Assembly (NCBI GenBank): GCA_963710435.1
Contig: CAVQAE010000009.1
Coordinates: forward strand, 21,159-85,158
Reading direction: 5' to 3'
Length of the DNA stretch: 64,000 nt
Source of the DNA: an uncultured Gammaproteobacteria bacterium
GTDB lineage: Bacteria > Pseudomonadota > Gammaproteobacteria > Steroidobacterales > Steroidobacteraceae
Shown here piece after piece: positions 53,841 through 63,051 of this stretch. Every line of letters starts with the position of its first letter. The stretch's first letter is position 1. The position numbers were made by a program, and so were the translations under genes. The notes under the pieces are model-generated. The model searched no databases. It worked only from the letters and a program-made list of their open reading frames with translations, and had not been told where the DNA came from.

Positions 53841-54626
53841 CTAGCGGCCGCCGGTACCCTTGATCGGCGGGGTCTGCAGAGCGCCCACCGCCAGTCCTTC
53901 GAGCGCCAGGCCGAAGGCGAGATCGCGCTGAAAAGATTCTTTGATCGGCTGAGTGAACAAGAGCCGCGAATACCGCAGCGATTGCACAGGCGCGGCAGCC
54001 AATTTGTCGGCAAGCTCCCGGGCGCGTGGCATGAGGCGGTCGGGAGCGAGAATTTCGTGGACGATGCCGAAACGATGCGCGTCCTTGACCGAGAGTATCT
54101 CCGAAGTCAGCAAGTAATAGTGTCCGCGAGAGTGACCCAGAAGTAGATTCCATACGGAGTGACAGCCGTCGCCGGGAACGACGCCGATGCCCATGTGGCT
54201 ATCGCGGAATGTAGCCGTATCGGCGGCGAGCACGATATCGGCGAGCACCGCAAGCTCTGAATGCAAGAGCGCCGGGCCGTTCACGGCCGAGATCACGGGC
54301 ACGTCCACCTCGAGCAGATTTAGGAGCATGTCGCGCCCCTCGCGTGAAATGCGATACCAGTACTCGGGGCTGTAGCTTTGCGAGTACTCCGCCGAATTAC
54401 GCTCCTTGCAAAAGGTATCTCCCGTACCGGTGAGGATGAGCACCTTGTTGTCGCGGTCGTGTGCGATGTCGTAGAACGCATGCCCGAGCTGCTCGTGGAT
54501 GGATCCGGGATCCGAGCCCCATTGCAAGGGGCCACCGTTGGTGTGCAAGGTCATCTCGAGAACGCCATCGCGGCGCTCGAGGCGAATGTTGCGATAGCTT
54601 TCGGCGTATTGCTGGAGAGTTTTCAT
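53841..54626 (-). CDS. Enoyl-CoA hydratase/isomerase family protein (divergent)
   Basis: It has the crotonase-fold pattern LERRDGVLEMTLHTNGGPL...ILTGTGDTFC. Confidence 0.7.
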   Translation of the reverse strand: MKTLQQYAESYRNIRLERRDGVLEMTLHTNGGPLQWGSDPGSIHEQLGHAFYDIAHDRDNKVLILTGTGDTFCKERNSAEYSQSYSPEYWYRISREGRDMLLNLLEVDVPVISAVNGPALLHSELAVLADIVLAADTATFRDSHMGIGVVPGDGCHSVWNLLLGHSRGHYYLLTSEILSVKDAHRFGIVHEILAPDRLMPRARELADKLAAAPVQSLRYSRLLFTQPIKESFQRDLAFGLALEGLAVGALQTPPIKGTGGR

Positions 54627-54766
54627 GGGTGTTGCGAGGGCTGGTTTCTATGGATTGTCGCTCATGCCATCCGTGTCACCAAGAGCGTACGGGTTAAGGC
54701 GATCGTTGAACTCAGGTTAAGCGCCCTCGGACGCACGAGGCGTCAGCTGAGCGCGCCACTCGGGCG

Positions 54767-55777
54767 CTATACCGTCGAGGCGTAGAGCACCCAGTCAAGG
54801 ACCGGTTCGGGTTCCTTCGGCTCCGCGCGCTCCGCCCCCGTGCGCACATGCAATTTCAAGAGCATGCCACGCTCGAGCGGCAGTGCCTCGAGGACGTCGA
54901 ATGCCGTGCTGAGCCGATCCTGCTCGAAGACGGGGCCGATGTGGTCACAGCGTTCCCACGCCAGCACAGTGACGAGATCCGGCAGCGCACGGGTGAGCTG
55001 CGCAAAGGCGATTCCAATGGTATGGCCGCCATAGACCAGGCGCTGTCCGGTGTGCGACGCCGTGCCATCCAAGTGAGCCATCGCCATGTTGGTGGTCAAA
55101 CGCACGAGTTCCGGTGCGCACGTGACGGTGTCGCGCGCCGCGATCCGGACGTGCTCACCGGCTTGAGGCCGCGGGGCCGGCGGCAGCGAGCGCGGGAAAG
55201 CGCCGATGTCCCAGGCCGGGACGGACGCGAGGATTTCTTCGCGCGCAGGATTCGCACCCAGCTCGAGGATGTCGGCGTCCGCGCCCGCGGATGCCGCAGG
55301 GTGCGTGCGGCAGGGAATCATGGGAAAGCGCCAGGCGGTCATGACCTCGGCGCCCTGTTGATTGACGGTGCGCATCTCGAGCGCGACCACCCCAGTGGGT
55401 GCGCGCCCCGGCTTCGATTGGTTGCGGCGGGCGCCAACCACGCGGGTGCGGGTGTAGAGCGTGTCGCCGAGGAACGTGGGCCGCTTGAGCTGCACGCCGC
55501 GATAGGCGAGGTTGGCTTTGACCCGCTGCGAGGCCCAGGTGCTCTGACCGATGGCGATGTTGATCGCGAGCAAGGGATGCGCCAGTGGCGTGGGCGCACC
55601 CGTCACGCGCGCGGCGGCCGCATGATCGAGCGGCAAGCGCATGCGATCGCCCGTGAGTGCCTGGTACCAGGCCGCATGGGCGGTGGTGAGCGTGATGCCG
55701 GGCGAGTCGAACTCGATACCGGGTTCGAGATCTTCGAAGCTGGGCCCTTCAACGACCCGATGGAGCGGCTCGTTCAT
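54767..55777 (-). CDS. MaoC-like acyl dehydratase, double hot-dog (mesaconyl-CoA-hydratase-like)
   Basis: The 336-aa product has FEDLEPGIEFDSPGITLTTAHAAWYQALTGDR and a second hot-dog half. It overlaps the upstream GMC gene by 4 nt. Confidence 0.65.
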   Translation of the reverse strand: MNEPLHRVVEGPSFEDLEPGIEFDSPGITLTTAHAAWYQALTGDRMRLPLDHAAAARVTGAPTPLAHPLLAINIAIGQSTWASQRVKANLAYRGVQLKRPTFLGDTLYTRTRVVGARRNQSKPGRAPTGVVALEMRTVNQQGAEVMTAWRFPMIPCRTHPAASAGADADILELGANPAREEILASVPAWDIGAFPRSLPPAPRPQAGEHVRIAARDTVTCAPELVRLTTNMAMAHLDGTASHTGQRLVYGGHTIGIAFAQLTRALPDLVTVLAWERCDHIGPVFEQDRLSTAFDVLEALPLERGMLLKLHVRTGAERAEPKEPEPVLDWVLYASTV

Positions 55778-57378
55778 CGGTTATCCTCCAGGATCAGATC
55801 GGCGCCGCGCGCCGCGGCAGCCATGACCGGCGCGTTGGTATTGCCCGACACCAGTGTGGGGAACGAAGACAGATCGACGACTCGCAGCGCCTGCACACCG
55901 CGCACGCGCAAGCGCGCATCGAGCACCGCGCGCGCATCGACGCCCATGCGGCAGGTTCCGGCGGCGTGATACCCCGCCTGACCCTTTTGCTTGAACGCCT
56001 CGAGAATTTGCGCATCGCTCTGCACGCCGGCGCCCGGCGTCGTTTCTTCACCGATGAACGGCGCCAGGGCGGGCTGCGACATCCAGCGCCGCATCCAGCG
56101 CAGCAGCCCCACCGCGGTGCGGCAGTCGGCCTCGGCGGAGAGATAGTTCGGACGGATCAGCGGCAACTCCAGGGGATTCGCCGAGCGCGCCATGACGCTG
56201 CCGTGACTCTCCGGCCGCAGCGGGTAGCCGAATACCTGCATGCCGGGAAAGTGCTCGAACGCGAACTCCTGCGCGCTGAAGTCGAGCGAATAGGGGGCCA
56301 TCATGATTTGCGCGTCGGGACGATTGAGCATGCCGTCGGTGCGAATGAAGCCGCCGACGTCATAGGAGCCTGCGGCCATCTCGCCGCCGCGGGTCAACAG
56401 GTAGCGCGCCGTGTTGAATAGCAGCGGGAGCCCCGAAAAGGCGCGATTGAGCCCGCGACCGCGACGCAGCCGGTATTGCAGAAACAGGAGCAGGTGCTCG
56501 CGCATGTTCTGCCCGACGTCGGGACTGTCGACCGCAACGTCGATGCCGAGCGAGCGCAGGTGTCCGGCGGGGCCGATCCCGGAGAGCTGCAGCAAATGGG
56601 GGGAGTTGAGTCCGCCGGCGGACACGATGACCTCGCGTCGCGCGCGAAACTCTAACGCGCCGTCGCGTTGGGTCATGACGCCCACCGCGCGCCGGTCTTC
56701 GAGGGCCACCCGCGTCACGGTCGTGTCGGTGAGAACTCTGAGATTGGAGCGACGCCGAGCCGGCGTCAGAAACGCCGTGGCCGCGCTTTGCCGGCGTCCG
56801 TTCTTGATATTCCAGCTGAGGTAGGCGATGCCCTCCTGTTCGGGCCGGTTAAGATCCTGCTTGACCGGCAGACCCATCGCCTCGCCGGCCGCGAGCACCG
56901 CATCCCCCAGGGGGTAATGCGCCGAACGCGGGGTGATGCCGAGCGGGCCGCCGCCGCCGCGCACCTCGTCGGCACCGAGGGAATGATCCTCCATGCGGCG
57001 GAAGTAGGGCGATAGGCTCTGCCAGCCCCAGCCACTCAAACCGGCGCGTTCCCAAGCGTCATAATCCTCGGGCTGGCCTCGCATGTAGATCATGCCGTTG
57101 ATGGAGCTGGAGCCGCCGAGCATCTTGCCGCGCGCCCAATACTGGGGTCGATTACCGGTCGAAGGCTCGGGCTCCGTGGCGAAAATCCAGGCGTGGGTCG
57201 GGTCTGAGAGGAGCTTGCCGAAGCCCTTGGGCAGATGGATGAGGGGATTGCGGTCGTCGGGCCCGGCTTCGATCAGCAACACGCTGTGGCGGCTGTCCTC
57301 GCTCAGCCGCGCGGCGAGCACGCACCCGGCGGAGCCGGCGCCGACGATGATGTAGTCGAAGGTTTCAAGGTCGCTCAT
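55774..57378 (-). CDS. GMC family oxidoreductase (choline/alcohol dehydrogenase-like)
   Basis: Motifs are FDYIIVGAGSAGCVLAARLSED and GGSSSINGMIY, plus a C-terminal active-site region. Confidence 0.9.
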   Translation of the reverse strand: MSDLETFDYIIVGAGSAGCVLAARLSEDSRHSVLLIEAGPDDRNPLIHLPKGFGKLLSDPTHAWIFATEPEPSTGNRPQYWARGKMLGGSSSINGMIYMRGQPEDYDAWERAGLSGWGWQSLSPYFRRMEDHSLGADEVRGGGGPLGITPRSAHYPLGDAVLAAGEAMGLPVKQDLNRPEQEGIAYLSWNIKNGRRQSAATAFLTPARRRSNLRVLTDTTVTRVALEDRRAVGVMTQRDGALEFRARREVIVSAGGLNSPHLLQLSGIGPAGHLRSLGIDVAVDSPDVGQNMREHLLLFLQYRLRRGRGLNRAFSGLPLLFNTARYLLTRGGEMAAGSYDVGGFIRTDGMLNRPDAQIMMAPYSLDFSAQEFAFEHFPGMQVFGYPLRPESHGSVMARSANPLELPLIRPNYLSAEADCRTAVGLLRWMRRWMSQPALAPFIGEETTPGAGVQSDAQILEAFKQKGQAGYHAAGTCRMGVDARAVLDARLRVRGVQALRVVDLSSFPTLVSGNTNAPVMAAAARGADLILEDNR

Positions 57379-57444
57379 GCAGGCGCCATCGTCTCGTAGT
57401 CAAATCTGCCAACGGACAAGCATTTCCGTATAATGCGATAATGT

Positions 57445-57467
57445 GAACAGCGTACGCAAATGTGAAT
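57445..57467. promoter_or_regulatory. Composite operator GAAC-N3-GTAC-N8-GAAT
   Basis: The sequence is GAACAGCGTACGCAAATGTGAAT, preceded by TATAAT at 57428-57433, in the divergent region between the GMC and AMP-ligase genes. Confidence 0.5.
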
Positions 57468-57502
57468 CCAACTTACCCGAAGCGGGCCGGATCCAATTAC
57501 CG

Positions 57503-59017
57503 ATGCAGGATGGCCGCGCCGCCCGGTTGAGCGACATACCGCGCTACTGGGCACGCCAGACCCGGGCGCGCGCCGCCTTGTGGCAACGTGCTGAGCCCGT
57601 CTCGTTCAGCGAGCTCGCGACGGCAATCGACAGCGCGCGGGGCTTGCTCGTGCGAAACGGCGTCGGGCCCGGCGATCGCGTGATGATCGTCGCCGAGAAT
57701 TCGTTGGCCGAAGTGGCCTTGCTGTTCGCTGCGGGCGAGCTGGGCGCATGGCCCGTATTGACCAATGCGCGCTTGAGCGGGCGCGAGGTGGAATCGATCC
57801 TTACTCACTGCCGGCCGCGGCTTTCCGTGTTCACGAGCGCGGATTCCGCCGAGGCGGCGGTGCACGCGAGCGAGTCCCGCGCGAGCGAGGTGACGCTACC
57901 GGGCCTTGGCAGGGTGGCGGTCAGCGACAGGGATCGGTCGACGCCCGCCGAGCAGGGTGCTCACGCCGCGCAGGTGGCGGCGCTCATTTATACCTCGGGC
58001 ACGACCGGTTCGCCGAAAGGGGTCATGCTGACGCACGCGGGACTGCTGCACTTCTGTCGGGTCTCCGCGAGCTTGCGCCGGATTGTCCCCGCCGACGTGG
58101 TTTACGGCGCGTTGCCGCTGTCGCACATCTTCGGCTTCGTCACCATCCTGCTGAGCAGTCTCTACGGCGGCGCGAGCGTGTATCTCGAGCCACGCTTCAC
58201 CCCCGCGGCGGCCTGTGCGGCCTTCGCCGAGCGCGGCATTTCATTGCTCCAAGGCGTGCCGACGCTGTTCACGCGGCTGCTGAGCCACCTGGCGGAGCAG
58301 GATCGCGCGCCTGCGTTTCCGCGCCTGCGGTATCTCTACATCGGGGGCGGCGCGCTCGATCTGACGCTCAAGGAGCGCATCGAACGGGCGTTCGGACTGC
58401 CCGCCCATCACGGCTACGGCATGACGGAGTATGCCGGCTCGATGTGCGTCACCCGCATCGAGCGTCCGCGAGGCGATGCCTCCTGCGGCGAGTTGAATCC
58501 GGATTGCGAGATCCGGATCCTCGGGGCGAACGGCCCGCTGCCCGAGGGGCAGACCGGCGAGATCGAGGTGCGCGGCCCGGGCACCATGCTCGGCTACTAT
58601 CGGGATCCCGAGCTCACGCGCGCAGTGCTCCGGCCCGACGGCTGGCTCGCCACCGGCGATCGGGGACGGCTCGATGCGAGCGGTCATCTGTTCGTCGTGG
58701 GCCGCACCCGGGACCTCATCAAGCGCGCGGGTTTCAGCGTCTACCCGATCGAGATCGAGACCGAGCTCAATCGGCACCCCGGGGTCAAGCTGGCGGCGGT
58801 CGTCGGCTGGCCCGATGCCAGCGGCGAGGAACGGATCGTGGCCTTTGTCGAGCCGCGCGCGGGGGCGCAAGTCGATCCGCAGGAGTTGCTGGACTACGCG
58901 GCCGAGCGGCTTGCCCCGTACAAGCGGCCGGTTCGCGTGATCGTGCTCGAGTCGCTGCCGCTCACCGCCAACGGCAAGGTGCGCAAGGCGGAGCTGCGCG
59001 CCGGACTTGCCCGATAG
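57503..59017 (+). CDS. AMP-forming acyl-CoA synthetase / adenylating enzyme (ANL family)
   Basis: Motifs are LIYTSGTTGSPKGV, GYGMTE, WLATGDRG and a C-terminal NGKVRKAELR. I chose the in-frame ATG 57503. Confidence 0.85.
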   Translation: MQDGRAARLSDIPRYWARQTRARAALWQRAEPVSFSELATAIDSARGLLVRNGVGPGDRVMIVAENSLAEVALLFAAGELGAWPVLTNARLSGREVESILTHCRPRLSVFTSADSAEAAVHASESRASEVTLPGLGRVAVSDRDRSTPAEQGAHAAQVAALIYTSGTTGSPKGVMLTHAGLLHFCRVSASLRRIVPADVVYGALPLSHIFGFVTILLSSLYGGASVYLEPRFTPAAACAAFAERGISLLQGVPTLFTRLLSHLAEQDRAPAFPRLRYLYIGGGALDLTLKERIERAFGLPAHHGYGMTEYAGSMCVTRIERPRGDASCGELNPDCEIRILGANGPLPEGQTGEIEVRGPGTMLGYYRDPELTRAVLRPDGWLATGDRGRLDASGHLFVVGRTRDLIKRAGFSVYPIEIETELNRHPGVKLAAVVGWPDASGEERIVAFVEPRAGAQVDPQELLDYAAERLAPYKRPVRVIVLESLPLTANGKVRKAELRAGLAR

Positions 59018-59030
59018 ACCCGAGGGTCGC

Positions 59031-59053
59031 GTTCGAATATGCTAACAGCGTTC
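59031..59053. promoter_or_regulatory. Composite operator GTTC-N8-TAAC-N3-GTTC
   Basis: The sequence is GTTCGAATATGCTAACAGCGTTC, 53 bp upstream of the luxE-like ATG. Confidence 0.5.
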
Positions 59054-59105
59054 TATTTCGTCGGGCAGCCAAGTCGACGCACTTGAGCCGCCGGGGGGTC
59101 AGCTC

Positions 59106-60479
59106 ATGTCAGCATCCACGATCACGACGCCGGCGCGCGCCGAGCTCCTCGACTTCATCGACGATCCCGACCATGCCTACGATCAGAAGCCGGCCGATCT
59201 CGCGGCGCTGCAGCTCGCGGCGGCGCAGGAGTTGTTTGCCGTGCGTCGAGAGCAGATTCCGCTTTTGGCGAGGCGCGCGGAGCAAGCCGCCATTGCCCGC
59301 ATCGGCGCATTCGACGACCTCGTGCCGCTGCTGTTCGCGCACACGGTGTACAAGTCCTACCCCCAGTCCTTCGTCGATCAGAATCGCTGGGACCGGATGC
59401 TGCAGTGGCTGCAGACTTTGTCCGTCGCGAAAGTCACCGACGTCGAGGTGTCGAACGTCAAGGATGTCGATGACTGGCTGGAAGCCTTGTGGGCGGCGGG
59501 TCATGCGGTGCTGGCCACCAGCGGCAGCAGCGGCAAATGCTCATTTCTCAACCACACGATGGGTGATCGGGCACTCAAGACGGAGCATTTCAAGTACACG
59601 GTAGGTTGGCCACAGATTCGCTCGAGCCCAGACCGGGAACTCTTCTGGCTCGGCCCCGCGTCGGGTCGCAACAGCGCCGTCGAGGCGTTCCTGAGCAATG
59701 CCGAGAACTGGGGCCGTCCCGGACATGTCCACGCCCTCACCGGTCAGCCGCTCTTGATTTCAGAGGTGAGCCGCATGGCGGCGCTGCGCAAGAGGATGGC
59801 GGATGGCACGGCGACCCCGAGTGAGATCGAGGCGTACGAGCTCGAGGGCGCCCGCAAGGCCGCCGCGGCTCGGGCGGAGTTCGAGCGCCTCGTGGACCTC
59901 GTGCTGGATCATCGGCACGAGCCGATCTACATCACGGGTATGTGGTCGCAGCACATGCTGATCATGCAACGCGCTCGCGAGCGCGGCATTGGCGATGGGG
60001 AGTTTCATCCGAGGAGCGTCGTGGGCGCCGGCGGCGGGGTCAAGGGGATCTCGCTGCCGCCCGACTACAAGGAGCAGGTGACGAGGTTTTATGCGCAGGC
60101 CATCCGCCCCTATAGCTATGGGATGACCGAGCTTGCGCTGCTGTTGCCGCGATGTGAGGCCGAGCGCTATCACATTCCGCCGGCGCTCATCGCGCTGCCG
60201 CTCGATGCACCCGGCGAGCGGCTGCTGACGCGCGAGGACGGGTCGAACAGCATCGTGGAGGGGCGCTTCGGCTTCGTCGATCTGGTGTACGAGGGCCGCT
60301 GGGGCGGAATCATCACCGGCGATAAAGTCACCATGGATCTCAGTGGCCGCTGTCCTTGTGGACGCTTTGGAAATACCCTGTTCGATAACATCACCCGCTT
60401 CGCGCAGATCGGGCAAAACGATCACATCGGTTGCGCGGGCACCATCGACGCCTACATTCGGGGAGCGGTCGACTCATGA
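59106..60479 (+). CDS. LuxE-like acyl-protein synthetase
   Basis: Several segments parallel Vibrio LuxE as I recall it. VPLLFAHTVYKSYP matches IPVFPTSVFKYKK. LATSGSSGKCSF matches YTSSGTSGVKSH. GAGGGVKG matches ITGGGWKS. YGMTELALLLPRCEAERYHIPP matches FNQVELNTCFFE...HVPP. A Cys near the C-terminus (HIGCAGTID) matches KGCALSMA. Confidence 0.7.
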   Translation: MSASTITTPARAELLDFIDDPDHAYDQKPADLAALQLAAAQELFAVRREQIPLLARRAEQAAIARIGAFDDLVPLLFAHTVYKSYPQSFVDQNRWDRMLQWLQTLSVAKVTDVEVSNVKDVDDWLEALWAAGHAVLATSGSSGKCSFLNHTMGDRALKTEHFKYTVGWPQIRSSPDRELFWLGPASGRNSAVEAFLSNAENWGRPGHVHALTGQPLLISEVSRMAALRKRMADGTATPSEIEAYELEGARKAAAARAEFERLVDLVLDHRHEPIYITGMWSQHMLIMQRARERGIGDGEFHPRSVVGAGGGVKGISLPPDYKEQVTRFYAQAIRPYSYGMTELALLLPRCEAERYHIPPALIALPLDAPGERLLTREDGSNSIVEGRFGFVDLVYEGRWGGIITGDKVTMDLSGRCPCGRFGNTLFDNITRFAQIGQNDHIGCAGTIDAYIRGAVDS

Positions 60480-61864
60480 GTGCACGTCCTCAGACCATCG
60501 CGGTTCCGCTCTGCCACGTCATCAAGGGCGAAACGGTCAGCGGCGCCGCTCACACCTATGGCCCCGCCGACGCTCCCTTTACGACTCCCCGGCTCGATCT
60601 CGATCCGCTCGTCTGGCCACGCAGTGTCGCGGGACCTGCCTTTGATGTGCCGATCGCCGAGATCATGGACGTGCTGGTGGCCACCGGCGAGTGGCTGACG
60701 GCCGACCCGCAGGGGTTGCTGGCCGAGGCCCTGGCGTACACCGTGCGCTCGAGCCCCTTGCCCGCCGGGGTGCTGGAGCGTTCCTACGCATCGCTCGGCA
60801 AGCCATTCAATCGGCGCAGTCTCGAGTTCCAGATCCAGAATGAGTTGGGCGGAGCCGATGTCCTCGACGGCTGGCGCGAGATCGCGGTACCGAGCGGACG
60901 CAAGGTGCGGGTGCGGGCCTTTCCGCCGCGACTGATTCACATCATTGCCGGCAATGCGCCCGGCGTGGCGGCGGTGTCGGTGATCCGCGGCGCCCTCACC
61001 AAGGGCGTTCATCTCCTCAAGATTCCATCGAACGACCTGTTCACCGCGACTGCCATTCTGCGCGCGATGGCGGCGGTGGCCCCGGGGCATCCCCTCACTC
61101 GGTCCTTCTCGGCCGTCTACTGGCGCGGCGGTGATGCGCGTGTGGAGGGAACTCTGTTCCGCGCACAATTCTTCGACAAGCTCGTCGCCTGGGGCGGGGA
61201 GTCGGCGCTGCGCAGCGCCAAGAACTATATTGGGCCGGGCTTTGAGCTGGTGGCCTTTGATCCGAAGACCTCGATATCGCTATTGGGCTGCGAGATTTTC
61301 AGCTCGGCGGCGACGCTAGCGGACGCGGCCGAACGGGCGGCGACCGATGCGACGATCTTGAATCAGCAGGCCTGCTCCTCGAGCCGTATCCAGTTCATCG
61401 AGGGGAGTCTCGAGCAAATCGATCGCTACTGTGCGCTCTTGCAGCAGCGTCTGGGCGTCGAGCGCGAGACCGCCTCCGCGGTGGGACGGCCGGTCGCGAC
61501 CGAGCTACGCGAGGAGATTGAAGGCCTGCGCGACCTGGCGCCCGATTATCGGGTGTGGGGCGAGTGCGAAGGGCGTGGGCTCGTGATTCGCTCGGCCGAG
61601 CCCGTGGACTTTTATCCCGACGGCAAGATCGTCAACGTCGTGCCGGTCAAGGATTTGTCGGACGCCGTGCGCCACGTCAATGTGGCGACCCAGACCGTTG
61701 GCGTCTTCCCGGCATCGCGCAAACAAGCGCTGCGCAATGCGCTCGCCTCCGCGGGTGCACAGCGCGTGGTCGAGCTCGGCAGCGCCGTGTCGGTCGAGAT
61801 GGGCATCCCGCACGATGGATTCTTGCCGCTGGCCCGCTTCGTGCGCTGGGTCAACGACGAATAG
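60476..61864 (+). CDS. LuxC-like acyl-CoA/acyl-protein reductase (aldehyde-forming)
   Basis: HIIAGNAPGVAAVSVIRGALTKGVHLLKIPSNDLFTATAI...LTRSFSAVYW...LVAWGGESA...NQQACSS parallels LuxC HVLAGNVPLSGIMSILRAILTK...ITRSLSVIYW...VIVAWGG...DQRACFS. Its ATG 60476 overlaps the luxE-like stop (ATGA). Confidence 0.7.
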   Translation: MSARPQTIAVPLCHVIKGETVSGAAHTYGPADAPFTTPRLDLDPLVWPRSVAGPAFDVPIAEIMDVLVATGEWLTADPQGLLAEALAYTVRSSPLPAGVLERSYASLGKPFNRRSLEFQIQNELGGADVLDGWREIAVPSGRKVRVRAFPPRLIHIIAGNAPGVAAVSVIRGALTKGVHLLKIPSNDLFTATAILRAMAAVAPGHPLTRSFSAVYWRGGDARVEGTLFRAQFFDKLVAWGGESALRSAKNYIGPGFELVAFDPKTSISLLGCEIFSSAATLADAAERAATDATILNQQACSSSRIQFIEGSLEQIDRYCALLQQRLGVERETASAVGRPVATELREEIEGLRDLAPDYRVWGECEGRGLVIRSAEPVDFYPDGKIVNVVPVKDLSDAVRHVNVATQTVGVFPASRKQALRNALASAGAQRVVELGSAVSVEMGIPHDGFLPLARFVRWVNDE

Positions 61865-61906
61865 CGCACACGCCCGAGGCGGCTGCGCCGCGCGGTTGAG
61901 CTGTGC

Positions 61907-62956
61907 TCAGGCCTCGAGTGAGGCCAAGTCGATCACGAATCGATATTTCACATCGTTACCCAGCACGCGCTCGTAGGCCTCGTGCACCTGCTGCATCGCG
62001 ATACATTCGATGTCCGCGACGATGCCGTGCGTGCCGCAGAAGTCGAGCATTTCCTGCGTCTCCGGCAGGCCGCCGATCATCGAACTCGCGAGCCGCCGGC
62101 GCCGCGCGGCAAGCACCATCGCCGAAATCGCGAGGGGCTGCGCCGCCATCCCCATTTGCAGGAGCGTCCCGTCGCGCGCCAAGAGGGCGAGGTAGGCATT
62201 GACGTCATGCGCCGCGGACACGGTATCGAGGATGAGATCGAAACTGCCGGCCTGTCGTCGCAGCTGGTTGGCATCGCTGGATAGCACCACCTCATGCGCA
62301 CCGAGTTGTCGGACATCGTCGAATTTGCCCGGGGAACTGGTGAAGCCGACCACGTGGGCCCCCATGGCGCGCGCCAGTTTCACCCCCACGTGACCGAGGC
62401 CGCCGATGCCGACCACGCCGATCTTCATCCCCGGGGCCGCCTGCCAATGCCGCAACGGCGAATACATGGTGATGCCGGCGCAGAGGAGCGGCGCCACGGC
62501 GGCCGGGTCGAGCCGCGGCGGGACCCGCAAGGCGAAGCGCTCATCGACCACATAATTGTTGGAATAGCCGCCGTGGGTGGGACGTTTGCTGCCGCGCTCG
62601 AGACCGGCGTAAGTCGGCGTCGGATGCTCATCGCAGAAGTGCTCCTCACCCGCCTCGCAAGGACTGCAGCGGCGGCATGAATCCACCAGGCACCCGATGG
62701 CGGCTCGATCCCCGATCTTGAATTTGCTGACCTTCGCGCCGATGCGTGCGACGCGACCGACGATCTCGTGGCCGGGCACGACCGGAAACCGCGTCATGTG
62801 CCAGTCATCGTTGACGTAGTGGATGTCGGAGTGGCAAATGCCACAATGCGTCAGATCGAGCACCACATCGTGCTCGCCCGGGTCGCGTCGCTCGAACTCG
62901 AACGGGGCGAGGCGTCCCTTCGCTTCGCGAGCGGCCCAGCCGTGAGCGTTGATCAT
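61907..62956 (-). CDS. NAD(P)-dependent alcohol dehydrogenase, cinnamyl-alcohol-dehydrogenase (CAD/YjgB)-like
   Basis: Motifs are CGICHSDIHYV, GHEIVGRV and VVGIGGLGHVGV. I chose the start at ATG 62956 (MINAHGWAA). Confidence 0.85.
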   Translation of the reverse strand: MINAHGWAAREAKGRLAPFEFERRDPGEHDVVLDLTHCGICHSDIHYVNDDWHMTRFPVVPGHEIVGRVARIGAKVSKFKIGDRAAIGCLVDSCRRCSPCEAGEEHFCDEHPTPTYAGLERGSKRPTHGGYSNNYVVDERFALRVPPRLDPAAVAPLLCAGITMYSPLRHWQAAPGMKIGVVGIGGLGHVGVKLARAMGAHVVGFTSSPGKFDDVRQLGAHEVVLSSDANQLRRQAGSFDLILDTVSAAHDVNAYLALLARDGTLLQMGMAAQPLAISAMVLAARRRRLASSMIGGLPETQEMLDFCGTHGIVADIECIAMQQVHEAYERVLGNDVKYRFVIDLASLEA

Positions 62957-63051
62957 TGCACGGAACTCCATTTGGCCATGCCGGCCAGCAACTGCGCGCG
63001 CGGCCACTATGCGGCAGATTTGACACGCCGAACCCGCGCATTAAGATACTC

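Noticed and set aside
54690-54725. GGTTAAG occurs twice with GATCGTTGAAC between the copies, upstream of crotonase 53841..54626.
   Set aside because: It resembles the island operator only loosely (GTTC-N3-GATC on the gene strand) and lacks the AT-rich arm. I did not count it as a site.
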